In this document: positions 28,782-38,551 of the stretch, one piece after another
Numbering within the stretch: the stretch's first letter is position 1
Layout of the letters: the number at the start of each line of letters is the position of its first letter
From: a virus
Length of the DNA: 64,000 nt
Direction: 5' to 3' (one strand)
IMG/VR virus record: IMGVR_UViG_3300024348_000005
Span: 1-64,000 of that record
Notes under the pieces: generated by a model
What the model was told of the DNA's origin: nothing
Databases searched by the model: none
Seen by the model: only the letters and a program-made list of their open reading frames with translations
Made by a program: the position numbers and the translations under genes

Positions 28782-28839
28782 TTAATTCACAATATGTTCC
28801 CGACAACAATGTCGGGAACATCTCTTCAAACAACAAATT

Positions 28840-29820
28840 ATGGCAGGTATTAAAAAAACAGATTTTTCAGCAATCAAGAAGAAATTCTCGAAAGAAGCTG
28901 AATATAAGGCTGACCGTTTCTTTGATTTAGGTGACGCCTTCTTGGATGCAACGGGTCTTCCGGGTCCTGCGATGGGACACATCAATATGTTATTAGGACA
29001 TAGTGATACGGGTAAAACAACCGCACTTGTAAAGTCAGCGGTAGATGCACAAAAGAAAGGAGTAGTTCCTGTGTTTGTCATTACTGAACAAAAATGGAGT
29101 TGGGACCACGCGGAGTTAATGGGATTTGATAAGAACGGAGATTATCTTTTCAATAGTGATTTTGAATATATCGAACAAATTACTGAGTATATCAATGAAT
29201 TATTAGATGCACAAGAAAAGGGAGATATACCTCACGATTTATTAATCCTTTGGGATTCGGTAGGTTCGGTTCCATGTAAGATGACTTACGACGGTAAAGG
29301 TGGTAAACAACACAATGCATCGGTATTAGCCGACAAAATTGGTATGGGTATCAACCAACGTATTTCAGGGTCAAGAAGGACAGATAAACCTTATACAAAC
29401 ACATTAATCATTGTTAACCAACCTTGGGTAGAATTACCCGATAATCCTTTTGGACAACCAAAGATTAAAGCAAAAGGTGGAGAGGCAATTTGGTTAAACT
29501 CAAGTATTGTGTTCTTATTTGGTAATCAAAAAGGAGCGGGAACAACGAAAATCTCTATCACAAAAGATAAGAGAAAAGTTAAAATAGCAACGAGAACAAA
29601 AATCTCTATAATGAAAAACCACATTAATGGTTCAGGTTATGAAGATGGACGTATCTTAATTACAGCCCACGGGTTTATGTCAGCAAAGGAAGATTCAGAA
29701 GAGAAGAAATCAATTGAGGATTATAAAAAAGAACAGGGTGATTACATCGGTAAGATGTTAGGTGTTAATGTTACAGACATCTCAGACGTAGAAGTTGTAA
29801 CAGAAGAGAGTGATCTATAA
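28840..29820 (+). CDS. uvsX: RecA/UvsX-like recombinase
   Basis: Walker A GHSDTGKTT, Walker B LILWDSVG, IIVNQ, KGGEA. Confidence 0.88.
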   Translation: MAGIKKTDFSAIKKKFSKEAEYKADRFFDLGDAFLDATGLPGPAMGHINMLLGHSDTGKTTALVKSAVDAQKKGVVPVFVITEQKWSWDHAELMGFDKNGDYLFNSDFEYIEQITEYINELLDAQEKGDIPHDLLILWDSVGSVPCKMTYDGKGGKQHNASVLADKIGMGINQRISGSRRTDKPYTNTLIIVNQPWVELPDNPFGQPKIKAKGGEAIWLNSSIVFLFGNQKGAGTTKISITKDKRKVKIATRTKISIMKNHINGSGYEDGRILITAHGFMSAKEDSEEKKSIEDYKKEQGDYIGKMLGVNVTDISDVEVVTEESDL

Positions 29821-29830
29821 ATAATATTAA

Positions 29831-30850
29831 ATGTCGGTTTTACTTGTTGACGGAGATAATTTACTTACGATTGGTTTTTATGGTGTCAAGAATATGTTCT
29901 ATAAAGGAACACACATTGGAGGCATTTACCATTTTCTTAATACTCTTAGGAGAGCGTTTGAGACATATCATTTAGACAAAATAGTTGTTTTTTGGGATGG
30001 TTTAGAAGGTTCATCTACTCGTAGAAAAATTTATGTTCATTACAAGGAAAACCGACGTCAAAGAGTTAGGTCGGAAGAAGAATTAAATTCATATCAATAC
30101 CAAAGGGGGAGAATAAAACAATACCTTGAAGAACTTTACGTAAGACAAGGAGAGTTTGAATATTGTGAAACCGATGATTGTATTGCATACTACACACAAA
30201 ACTCACCCAACGAAAACAAAATTGTGTATTCATCGGACGGTGATTTAACTCAATTGGTTTCTGAAAATACACAAATTTTCAACCCTTCTCATCAAAAACT
30301 TTACAAACAAAACGACTCCATAGTTTACGACCATGAGGAAATTTTAATTGAGAATGTAAAATTAGTTAAGATGTTATGTGGTGATTCCTCTGATAATATT
30401 GCGGGAATAAAAGGTATGGGTATTAAAAGATTTTTATCTATTTTCCCCGAACTTAAAACCGAACATTTATCTATCGAACAAATTAAGGATAAAACCAATG
30501 AGATGTTCCTACAAGATAAACACAATAAATTACTTGCAAATTTACTAACTGGAGTAACCAAACATGGTGTATTTGGTGAAGAATTTTTTGATGTAAACAG
30601 TCGTATAGTTAGTTTAGATTCTCCATTTCTAACCGATGAGGCAAAAGAAAATGTTGATTTACTAATAAACGAAAAATTAGATCAAGAAGGAAGGTCATAT
30701 AAAAACGCCATGAAAATGATGACTGAAGATGGTTTATTCAATGTGTTACCAAAATCAGATGACTCTTGGATAAAATTTATAAACCCATTTTTACGATTAA
30801 CAAGAAAAGAAAAAAATAAAAGAACAATCAAAATTAAAAACAATGAGTAA
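29831..30850 (+). CDS. 5'-3' exonuclease / RNase H (FEN/PIN family, T4 rnh-like)
   Basis: LLVDGDNL, VFWDG, YKENR, ETDDCIAY, SSDGDLTQL, GDSSDNIAGIKGMG. Confidence 0.92.
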   Translation: MSVLLVDGDNLLTIGFYGVKNMFYKGTHIGGIYHFLNTLRRAFETYHLDKIVVFWDGLEGSSTRRKIYVHYKENRRQRVRSEEELNSYQYQRGRIKQYLEELYVRQGEFEYCETDDCIAYYTQNSPNENKIVYSSDGDLTQLVSENTQIFNPSHQKLYKQNDSIVYDHEEILIENVKLVKMLCGDSSDNIAGIKGMGIKRFLSIFPELKTEHLSIEQIKDKTNEMFLQDKHNKLLANLLTGVTKHGVFGEEFFDVNSRIVSLDSPFLTDEAKENVDLLINEKLDQEGRSYKNAMKMMTEDGLFNVLPKSDDSWIKFINPFLRLTRKEKNKRTIKIKNNE

Positions 30851-31298
30851 TTACCAAAACCAAGACAATATCACTAAATTTGAGTTCCTGTTGTCGTTAG
30901 AAGGACATATTGTATGTCAAAGATTTTTCAATGTTAGAGATTACAACCCTCAAGCAAGAAGAAGTATGGATCTCCACTATTATGTAAAAAATATTTGTGA
31001 GGATATGGCTGAAGATTTAAAAATAAAATGTTCCAATTATCTATGTGAAAATCTGAATTTTTTCCTCAATTCAGAGAGTGTGGAAGACGAGGCAAGTAAG
31101 TCAAAAGAACATTTTTTATTGGAAATTAAGATAGGTGACGATGTATTTATTCAAAGGATATTCCCAGCATATCTCTATCATCCAAAGGTTAGATACACTG
31201 TTGACATTCGTCCAAAACTAAAGATAATTTTGTCAGATTTAACTGACATCTTATCATCTGATGAATTGGAAACGGCATATCTACAATACGAACTATAA
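30843..31298 (+). CDS. Hypothetical protein (151 aa) in replication operon
   Basis: Overlaps the upstream stop in an operon-like arrangement; no motif recognised. Confidence 0.7.
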   Translation: MSNYQNQDNITKFEFLLSLEGHIVCQRFFNVRDYNPQARRSMDLHYYVKNICEDMAEDLKIKCSNYLCENLNFFLNSESVEDEASKSKEHFLLEIKIGDDVFIQRIFPAYLYHPKVRYTVDIRPKLKIILSDLTDILSSDELETAYLQYEL

Positions 31299-31323
31299 TT
31301 TAAAAACATATATAACAATTACA

Positions 31324-32697
31324 ATGGAAGAAAGGAATTTTGGGCATTTGGGATTTTCATTTCAACAATCCCTAATTAAAGCAATTATTGAAGACAAAAA
31401 GTACGGAGAAACAATCATAGATGTATTAGAAAGTAAGTTCTTTGAAAATAATTCATTCAGATTTATCATGGAGAACGTAAAAGAGTTGTACAAAACTTAT
31501 AATAAAATTCCCGATTACAATACCGTAGCACAAAAAATCATGTCAGAGGGAGGAAATAAAGACTCCTCTAAAGTTCATGTCGATACGTTGGACTCCATTA
31601 AAAATAACGAACAACAAATAGAATATGTTAAGGATACTGCACTTAATTTTTGTAAACAACAGAATTTAAAAAAGGAACTTAAAGGTGTTCAAAGTATTAT
31701 TGATAACGGTGATTTTGAATCTTACAATAAGATTGAACAAATCATTCAAAAAGCATTACAAGTCGGTATTTCTAATGACGAGGCTACCGATGTGTTTTTC
31801 GATATCGAAGGTGCCTTGGAAAAGGATAATAGACAACCAATAGCGACTGGTATTGTGGGTGTGGATAACTTATTAAATGGAGGTTTAGGAAGAGGAGAAT
31901 TAGGTATTGTATTAGCACCAACAGGAACGGGTAAAACAACTTTACTTACTAAATTTGCTAATACCGCATATAATTTAGGATTTAATGTTGTACAAATATT
32001 TTTCGAGGATAACCCTGGAAATATTAAAAGAAAACACTATACAATTTGGACGGAAATCTCACCAAATGAACAACCTAACTATAAGGATGAGGTTCAAAAA
32101 AAGGTTAAAGAGATTCAATTAAATTCAAAAGGATTTCTGAAACTATTGAAATTATCTAGCGATAATGTGACCGTTTCCGAAATAAAGAATAAAATTAGAA
32201 AGATGAATTCTGAAGGTGAAAAAGTTGACCTATTAGTTATTGACTACGTTGATTGTATTTCATCTGAAAAATCCGCAAATGGTGAAGAATGGAAAGGTGA
32301 GGGTTCAATTATGAGAAGTTTAGAATCAATGACAAATGAGTTTGAAATTGCTGTTTGGACTGCAACTCAGGGTAATAGAGAATCAATCTCTTCTGAAGTT
32401 GTAAACAGTGATCAAATGGGAGGGTCAATTAAAAAAGCACAAATTGCACACGTTATATTATCAATTGGTAAAACGTTAGAACAAAAGGAAAATAATTTGG
32501 CAACACTTACATTACTTAAATCTCGTATCGGTAGAGATGGTGTTGTTTTCCAAAATTGTAAATTCAACAATGAATTCCTATTCATTGATACCGAAACACA
32601 AAATACCCTATTGGGTCATGAAGAACAAAAAGTTCAAATAAATGCTAACAGAGCCGCTGAAGCATTTAAAAGAAGACAAGAATTGGCTAAAAAATAA
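31324..32697 (+). CDS. dnaB: Replicative DnaB-like helicase (gp41-like)
   Basis: GGLGRGELGIVLAPTGTGKT, LLVIDYVDCI, WTATQGNR, KSRIG; ATG at 31324 preferred. Confidence 0.92.
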   Translation: MEERNFGHLGFSFQQSLIKAIIEDKKYGETIIDVLESKFFENNSFRFIMENVKELYKTYNKIPDYNTVAQKIMSEGGNKDSSKVHVDTLDSIKNNEQQIEYVKDTALNFCKQQNLKKELKGVQSIIDNGDFESYNKIEQIIQKALQVGISNDEATDVFFDIEGALEKDNRQPIATGIVGVDNLLNGGLGRGELGIVLAPTGTGKTTLLTKFANTAYNLGFNVVQIFFEDNPGNIKRKHYTIWTEISPNEQPNYKDEVQKKVKEIQLNSKGFLKLLKLSSDNVTVSEIKNKIRKMNSEGEKVDLLVIDYVDCISSEKSANGEEWKGEGSIMRSLESMTNEFEIAVWTATQGNRESISSEVVNSDQMGGSIKKAQIAHVILSIGKTLEQKENNLATLTLLKSRIGRDGVVFQNCKFNNEFLFIDTETQNTLLGHEEQKVQINANRAAEAFKRRQELAKK

Positions 32698-32712
32698 AAA
32701 AATAAAAAAACT

Positions 32713-33684
32713 ATGACGGAGAAGATTTTACAAGATAACCCCGGACGCTTTGTCCTTTTTCCAATCGAACACCATGACTTATGGAGGTTCTATAAACAAT
32801 CAGAAGCGTCTTTTTGGACCGCTGAGGAAATTGATTTAGGTCAAGATATATCAGATTGGGAAAACAAATTAAACGATGATGAACAACATTTTGTTAAACA
32901 CGTGTTGGCATTTTTCGCAGCATCTGACGGAATCGTAAACGAAAACTTAGCGATTAACTTCGTTAATGAAGTACAATATACTGAAGCAAAATTCTTTTAT
33001 GGTTTTCAAATCATGATGGAAAATATCCATAGTGAAACGTATTCACTTTTAATTGATACCTTAGTTAAAGATAAAGAAGAACAACATCAGTTATTTAATG
33101 CTATTGACACAATACCGGCAATTAAAAAGAAAGCGGATTGGGCACTTAAATGGATTAACTCAGAATCTTTTGTTGATAGATTATTGGCATTTGCGGCAGT
33201 AGAAGGAATATTCTTTTCAGGTTCTTTTTGTTCAATCTTTTGGTTAAAGAAAAGAGGTTTATTACCAGGTTTAACATTTTCTAATGAATTGATATCAAGA
33301 GACGAAGGAATGCATTGTGATTTTGCTTGTCATCTTTATAACAATCATATTCAAAATAAAATCTCACCAGAAAGAATTAAAGAAATTATCTGTGGAGCAT
33401 TAGAAATTGAAAAAGAATTTATTCTCGAGGCATTACCCGTTCGTTTAATTGGTATGAATTCAGAATTAATGTCACAATATCTTGAATTCGTAACAGATAG
33501 ATTATTGGTTGCGTTAGGAGTATCTAAAGTATATAATTCTGAGAACCCATTCGATTTTATGCAAAACATTGCATTACAAGGTAAAACTAATTTCTTTGAA
33601 AAGAGAGTTGCGGAATATCAAAAGGCGGGAGTTAATAATGTATCAGAAGATTTAGATTCTGCATTTGGAGACGTAGATTTTTAA
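32713..33684 (+). CDS. nrdB: Ribonucleotide reductase class Ia beta subunit
   Basis: [56 protein letters not shown]. Confidence 0.97.
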   Translation: MTEKILQDNPGRFVLFPIEHHDLWRFYKQSEASFWTAEEIDLGQDISDWENKLNDDEQHFVKHVLAFFAASDGIVNENLAINFVNEVQYTEAKFFYGFQIMMENIHSETYSLLIDTLVKDKEEQHQLFNAIDTIPAIKKKADWALKWINSESFVDRLLAFAAVEGIFFSGSFCSIFWLKKRGLLPGLTFSNELISRDEGMHCDFACHLYNNHIQNKISPERIKEIICGALEIEKEFILEALPVRLIGMNSELMSQYLEFVTDRLLVALGVSKVYNSENPFDFMQNIALQGKTNFFEKRVAEYQKAGVNNVSEDLDSAFGDVDF

Positions 33685-33699
33685 AATTATAATAAGAAG

Positions 33700-36129
33700 A
33701 TGAAAGTTAAAAAGAGAGATGGTTCCTTAGAGGAAATGAGATATGATAAAATCACACGTAGAATTAGTGTTTTCTGTAGTGATTTGAATTTAGAATATAT
33801 TGACCCAACATATGTTACCTTAAAAGTAACTCAAGGAATTTATGATGGTATATCAACAACAGAGTTAGATGTATTAGCAGCGGAAACCGCCGCGGCAATG
33901 GTTACAACTCACCCTGATTATGCGAAATTATCAGGTCGATTAGCGGTATCTAATTTACATAAGACGACACATAAAAAGTTTTCTCAATGTATTAAAGAAT
34001 TATATTCTTTTGTTGAACCAAAAACCGGTAAAGAATCTTCATTAATTGATGAAGGTGTTTATAAATTTGTAATGGAAAATAGAGAATCTTTAGATGGAGC
34101 AATTCACCAAGAAAGAGATTTGGATTTTGATTACTTTGGATATAAAACATTGGAACGTTCTTACCTTTTAAAGATTGGAAATAGAGTGGTTGAAAGACCT
34201 CAATACATGTATATGAGAGTTGCCGTTGGTATTTGTAAAGGTAATTTAGATATGGCGTTAAGAATTTATGACGACTTATCTCAACACTTCTACACTCATG
34301 CAACTCCAACATTATTTAATGCGGGTACACGTAAATCTCAAATGTCATCTTGTTTCTTGATTGGTAACAAGGGTGACGATATTGACGGTTTATTTGATAC
34401 AATTAAAGATGTTGCGAAAATTTCTAAATGGGCAGGAGGAATTGGACTTCATGTTCATGATGTTCGAGCGAAAGGTTCTTACATTAAAGGGACTGGTGGA
34501 CAATCAGATGGTTTACTACCAATGATGAAAACCTATAACGAAGTTGCTCGTTGGATTAACCAAGGAGGAAAACGTAAAGGGTCTTTTGCGGTTTATCTTG
34601 AACCTTGGCATTCCGATATTTTTGAATTTATTGACTTAAGAAAGAATCATGGTAAAGAGGAAATGAGAGCGAGAGATTTATTCTTAGCTATGTGGACACC
34701 TGACTTATTTATGAAACGAGTTGAGGAGGATGGTGATTGGTCATTATTTTCACCTGACGAGGCACCAGGATTATCTGACGTTTATGATGACCCAATTAAT
34801 CCCACACAAGAGTTTACGGAGTTATATGAAAAATATGAAAAGGAAGGTAGGGCAAGAAAAGTTGTCAAAGCGAGAAAATTAATGGATGCAATCCTTACCG
34901 CACAAATTGAAACAGGAACTCCTTATATGTTATATAAGGATCCCGCTAACTACAAATCAAATCAAAAGAATTTAGGTACAATCAAATCTTCAAATTTATG
35001 TACTGAAATTATTGAGTATAGTTCACCGACAGAACAAGCGGTTTGTAATTTAGCATCAATAGCATTACCGAAGTATATTATTAATGGTGAGTTTAATCAC
35101 GATTTATTATATGAGAACACATATCAAGTTGTAAAGAATTTAAATAATGTAATTGACTTAAACTACTATCCAACTGAAGAAACTAAACGTTCAAACTTTA
35201 AACATCGACCAGTAGGACTTGGTATTCAAGGATTGGCTGATGTATTCTGTATATTAGGTTTACCATTTGAAAGTGAAGATGCAGATAAATTACAAATAGA
35301 TATTTTTGAAACAATATACTTTGCTGCGATGACATCTTCTAAAGATTTATCTAAAGAATTTGGTCCATATGAATCTATTGTAGGTTCACCAATTGAAAAT
35401 GGTGTATTCCAATTCGAAATGTGGGGTAAAAAAGATAAAGATTTATCTGGTCGTTGGGATTGGAAATCATTAAGAAAAGAAGTAAAATCTTTTGGTGTTA
35501 GAAACTCACTATTAGTTGCACCAATGCCAACCGCATCTACCGCACAGATTTTAGGTAACAATGAAGCGTTTGAACCATTTACAACTAACCTTTATTCAAG
35601 AAGAACATTAAGTGGTGAATTTGTTATGATTAACAAACACCTAGTTAAAGATTTATTGAAATTAGGTTTATGGAATGATACCATAAAGAATAAATTAATA
35701 ATGGAAAATGGTTCAGTTCAAAACATACCTGAAATTCCAACCGAGATGAAAGAGGTTTATAAAACAGTTTGGGAAATGTCTCAAAAACGTGTTTTACAAA
35801 TGGCAGCGAATAGGAGTATATTTATTGACCAATCACAATCATTAAATTTATTTATTGATAATGCAACTAAACCTAAATTATTAGCAGCACATTTATTCGG
35901 ATGGAAATTAGGTTTGAAAACGGGAATGTATTATTTAAGAACGAGAGCGGCGGTTGATGCACTTAAAGGATTAGGTGTTGATACCTCAACCTCTAAACCT
36001 ATTGAAATACCACAAAAAATGGCGACACCAACCAATAACCAAATCATTAGTGAAAATACACCTGAATTGGTAATGATGGGTGAAAAACCCACAGATTCCC
36101 CATTTGATTGTGAGGGTTGTGGGTCATAA
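33700..36129 (+). CDS. nrdA: Ribonucleotide reductase class Ia alpha subunit with ATP cone
   Basis: KKRDG ATP cone, TPTLFNAG, SSCFL, SNLCTEI, VCNLAS, APMPTAST, KTGMYYLR, C-terminal CEGCGS. Confidence 0.97.
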   Translation: MKVKKRDGSLEEMRYDKITRRISVFCSDLNLEYIDPTYVTLKVTQGIYDGISTTELDVLAAETAAAMVTTHPDYAKLSGRLAVSNLHKTTHKKFSQCIKELYSFVEPKTGKESSLIDEGVYKFVMENRESLDGAIHQERDLDFDYFGYKTLERSYLLKIGNRVVERPQYMYMRVAVGICKGNLDMALRIYDDLSQHFYTHATPTLFNAGTRKSQMSSCFLIGNKGDDIDGLFDTIKDVAKISKWAGGIGLHVHDVRAKGSYIKGTGGQSDGLLPMMKTYNEVARWINQGGKRKGSFAVYLEPWHSDIFEFIDLRKNHGKEEMRARDLFLAMWTPDLFMKRVEEDGDWSLFSPDEAPGLSDVYDDPINPTQEFTELYEKYEKEGRARKVVKARKLMDAILTAQIETGTPYMLYKDPANYKSNQKNLGTIKSSNLCTEIIEYSSPTEQAVCNLASIALPKYIINGEFNHDLLYENTYQVVKNLNNVIDLNYYPTEETKRSNFKHRPVGLGIQGLADVFCILGLPFESEDADKLQIDIFETIYFAAMTSSKDLSKEFGPYESIVGSPIENGVFQFEMWGKKDKDLSGRWDWKSLRKEVKSFGVRNSLLVAPMPTASTAQILGNNEAFEPFTTNLYSRRTLSGEFVMINKHLVKDLLKLGLWNDTIKNKLIMENGSVQNIPEIPTEMKEVYKTVWEMSQKRVLQMAANRSIFIDQSQSLNLFIDNATKPKLLAAHLFGWKLGLKTGMYYLRTRAAVDALKGLGVDTSTSKPIEIPQKMATPTNNQIISENTPELVMMGEKPTDSPFDCEGCGS

Positions 36130-36148
36130 AAATAATTATAGAGTATCT

Positions 36149-36177
36149 AAACCCATCTTCGGATGGGTTTTTTATTT
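36149..36177 (+). terminator. Intrinsic terminator after nrdA
   Basis: AAACCCATC-TTCG-GATGGGTTT (cUUCGg tetraloop) followed by a T tract. Confidence 0.9.
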
Positions 36178-36210
36178 ATTACCATTTTAGTATTGTTTAT
36201 ATTTATAGAT

Positions 36211-36663
36211 ATGGCGATAAAATACGGAATAGATTTTCCATTCAGAGATAGTCAAATTGGGGATTTCGTTAAAATGACGGAAACACCCGAAAGAGAAGTT
36301 AGAGCAAATCTAATTCACCTTCTTTTAACTAAGAAGGGTAGTAGATACTTTTTACCAGATTTTGGTACAAGAATTTATGAATATATTTTCGACCAAAATG
36401 ACATGGTTACATTTAATTTAATCGAAGAAGAAATAAGAGACGGTGTAAAAAAGTATATTCCAAATTTAGACATTAATTCAATTAATATCATGTCGGCAGA
36501 AAATGACCCCGATGAAACAACATCATTTAGTCAAGAAGAAGATGAAAGATTATTTAGGGTTTCAGAACAGGCAAATAAACCATATACTGCTAAAGTAAAA
36601 ATCGATTATACGGTTAATAATGGAGCATTTTCATCCTCTGACTTTATTATAATAAACATTTAA
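36211..36663 (+). CDS. Baseplate wedge/sheath initiator (gp25-like)
   Basis: GIDFPF, NLIHLLLTKKGSRYFLPDFGT.IYEYIFD; ATG at 36211. Confidence 0.9.
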   Translation: MAIKYGIDFPFRDSQIGDFVKMTETPEREVRANLIHLLLTKKGSRYFLPDFGTRIYEYIFDQNDMVTFNLIEEEIRDGVKKYIPNLDINSINIMSAENDPDETTSFSQEEDERLFRVSEQANKPYTAKVKIDYTVNNGAFSSSDFIIINI

Positions 36664-36664
36664 A

Positions 36665-38497
36665 ATGGCGAAAAAAATATCATACGCAACTAGAGATTTT
36701 GCGGGACTAAGACAAGAATTAGTTAATTTAACAAACGATTATTATCCCGATTTGGTAAAAAACACCAATGACGCATCAATATTTTCTGTGTTGTTAGATT
36801 TAAATGCTGCGGTTGCGGATAACTTACATTTTCATATTGACAGAGTTTTTCAGGAAACGATTTTAGATTTTGCACAACAAAGACAATCTTTATTTCATAT
36901 TGCTAAAACATATGGTATTAGAATACCAGGTGTAAGACCATCGGTGGCACTATGTGATTTTTCAGTTAATGTTCCGGTTCGTGGTGATAAAGAAGATGAA
37001 AGATATTTGGGAATTTTAAAAGGTGGAGCTCAAGTGTCAGGCGGAGGTCAGATATTTGAAACAATAGAAGATATAGATTTTTCTAATCCATTTAACAGTA
37101 AAGGAGAACCAAATAGATTAAAGATTCCAAATTTTGATAGTAACAATAGTTTAATATCATATACAATTACAAAAAGAGAGGCGGTAGTAAACGGAGTAAC
37201 AAGAATTTACAGAAGAGTAATCAATCAAGTTGACCAAAAACCATTTTTAAAACTTTTTTTACCAGAACAAAATGTTTTAGGTGTTGTTTCTATAATACAT
37301 AAAGATGGTACCACATTTGGAGCTAATCCAACATCAACAGAATTTACAACGTCAACCAATAAATGGTACGAAGTAAAATCGTTAATGCAAGATAAAGTGT
37401 TTATACCAAACACCACAAGTGTTTCAGATAAAAACAATTTCAAGGCAGGAGATTATGTACCAGTATCAAATAAGTTTTTAACCGAATATACTCCTGAAGG
37501 TTATTTTTCATTAACCTTTGGTTCAGGAACGGTTGACCCATTAGATAACTTGGATAACTACATTACTAGCAACATGAAAGTAAACATTGCTAGTTTTTTA
37601 AATAACATGTCGTTAGGTACAGTACCTAAAGTAAACTCAACAATATTCGTGAAATATCGAATTGGTGGGGGTAAAGATTCCAATTTAGGAGTTAATGTTA
37701 TAACAAGTGTGGATAGTGTCGAATTTAACATACAAGGTCCAAATTCAACTATTAACACACAGGTTGAGGATTCATTATCTGTGACAAATATCACACCAGC
37801 AATTGGTGGGGCGGACCAACCAACAATAGAAGAAATAAGAAATATGGTTGCTTATAATTTTGCAGCACAAAACAGAGCTGTAACGTTAAATGACTATAAA
37901 TCTTTAATAGAAACAATGCCATCTACATTCGGAGCACCGGCAAAGGTAAATGTGATGGAAGAAGATAATAAGGTAAGAATCAAATTATTATCATATGACG
38001 AAAATGGTAGTTTAACTGACACTGTATCCAATACATTAAAAAATAATATTTTAAATTATCTTTCTGAGTTTAGAATGATTAACGATTATTTGGATATTGT
38101 GAGTGGTGAGGTTATTGATATGGGTTTAGAAGTTGATTTAGTTATAGATAAAAATACATCACAAACAGACGTTATTAAGACGGCAATCGAAAATATTGTA
38201 GATTTCTTTGCAATTGAAAAACGTAAAATGGGAGATCCACTATTTGTTGGAGATTTGTCAAAATCCATTGGTAATGTGTCGGGAGTTGTGAACGTTGTAG
38301 ATTTAAGAGTTTTTGGAAAAATTGGTGGAGAATACTCATCATCCGAGGTTTCACAAAGTTACAAAGACAACGCAACGAAAGAAATACAACAAAGCGACAA
38401 CACTATATTCATGAAGTCAAATCAAATATTCCAAATTAGATTCCCTAATAAGGACATTAAGATAAGAATTAAAACCTTAGGAACGACTACATTTTAA
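36665..38497 (+). CDS. Baseplate wedge protein (T4 gp6/P2 gpJ-like)
   Basis: RDFAGLRQEL, LTFGSG, YRIGGG..SN, GGADQPTIEEIR, QNRAVTLNDY. Confidence 0.9.
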   Translation: MAKKISYATRDFAGLRQELVNLTNDYYPDLVKNTNDASIFSVLLDLNAAVADNLHFHIDRVFQETILDFAQQRQSLFHIAKTYGIRIPGVRPSVALCDFSVNVPVRGDKEDERYLGILKGGAQVSGGGQIFETIEDIDFSNPFNSKGEPNRLKIPNFDSNNSLISYTITKREAVVNGVTRIYRRVINQVDQKPFLKLFLPEQNVLGVVSIIHKDGTTFGANPTSTEFTTSTNKWYEVKSLMQDKVFIPNTTSVSDKNNFKAGDYVPVSNKFLTEYTPEGYFSLTFGSGTVDPLDNLDNYITSNMKVNIASFLNNMSLGTVPKVNSTIFVKYRIGGGKDSNLGVNVITSVDSVEFNIQGPNSTINTQVEDSLSVTNITPAIGGADQPTIEEIRNMVAYNFAAQNRAVTLNDYKSLIETMPSTFGAPAKVNVMEEDNKVRIKLLSYDENGSLTDTVSNTLKNNILNYLSEFRMINDYLDIVSGEVIDMGLEVDLVIDKNTSQTDVIKTAIENIVDFFAIEKRKMGDPLFVGDLSKSIGNVSGVVNVVDLRVFGKIGGEYSSSEVSQSYKDNATKEIQQSDNTIFMKSNQIFQIRFPNKDIKIRIKTLGTTTF

Positions 38498-38551
38498 TTA
38501 GTTTTTTGTTTATAATAATAGAAAATCCACCTCTTTCTATTTATTATAAGA

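Noticed and set aside
949-36129. Inteins or introns in pol, dnaB, nrdA, nrdB, uvsX
   Set aside because: Motif spacing and lengths are ordinary; no C...HN intein ends or LAGLIDADG/HNH inserts were seen.
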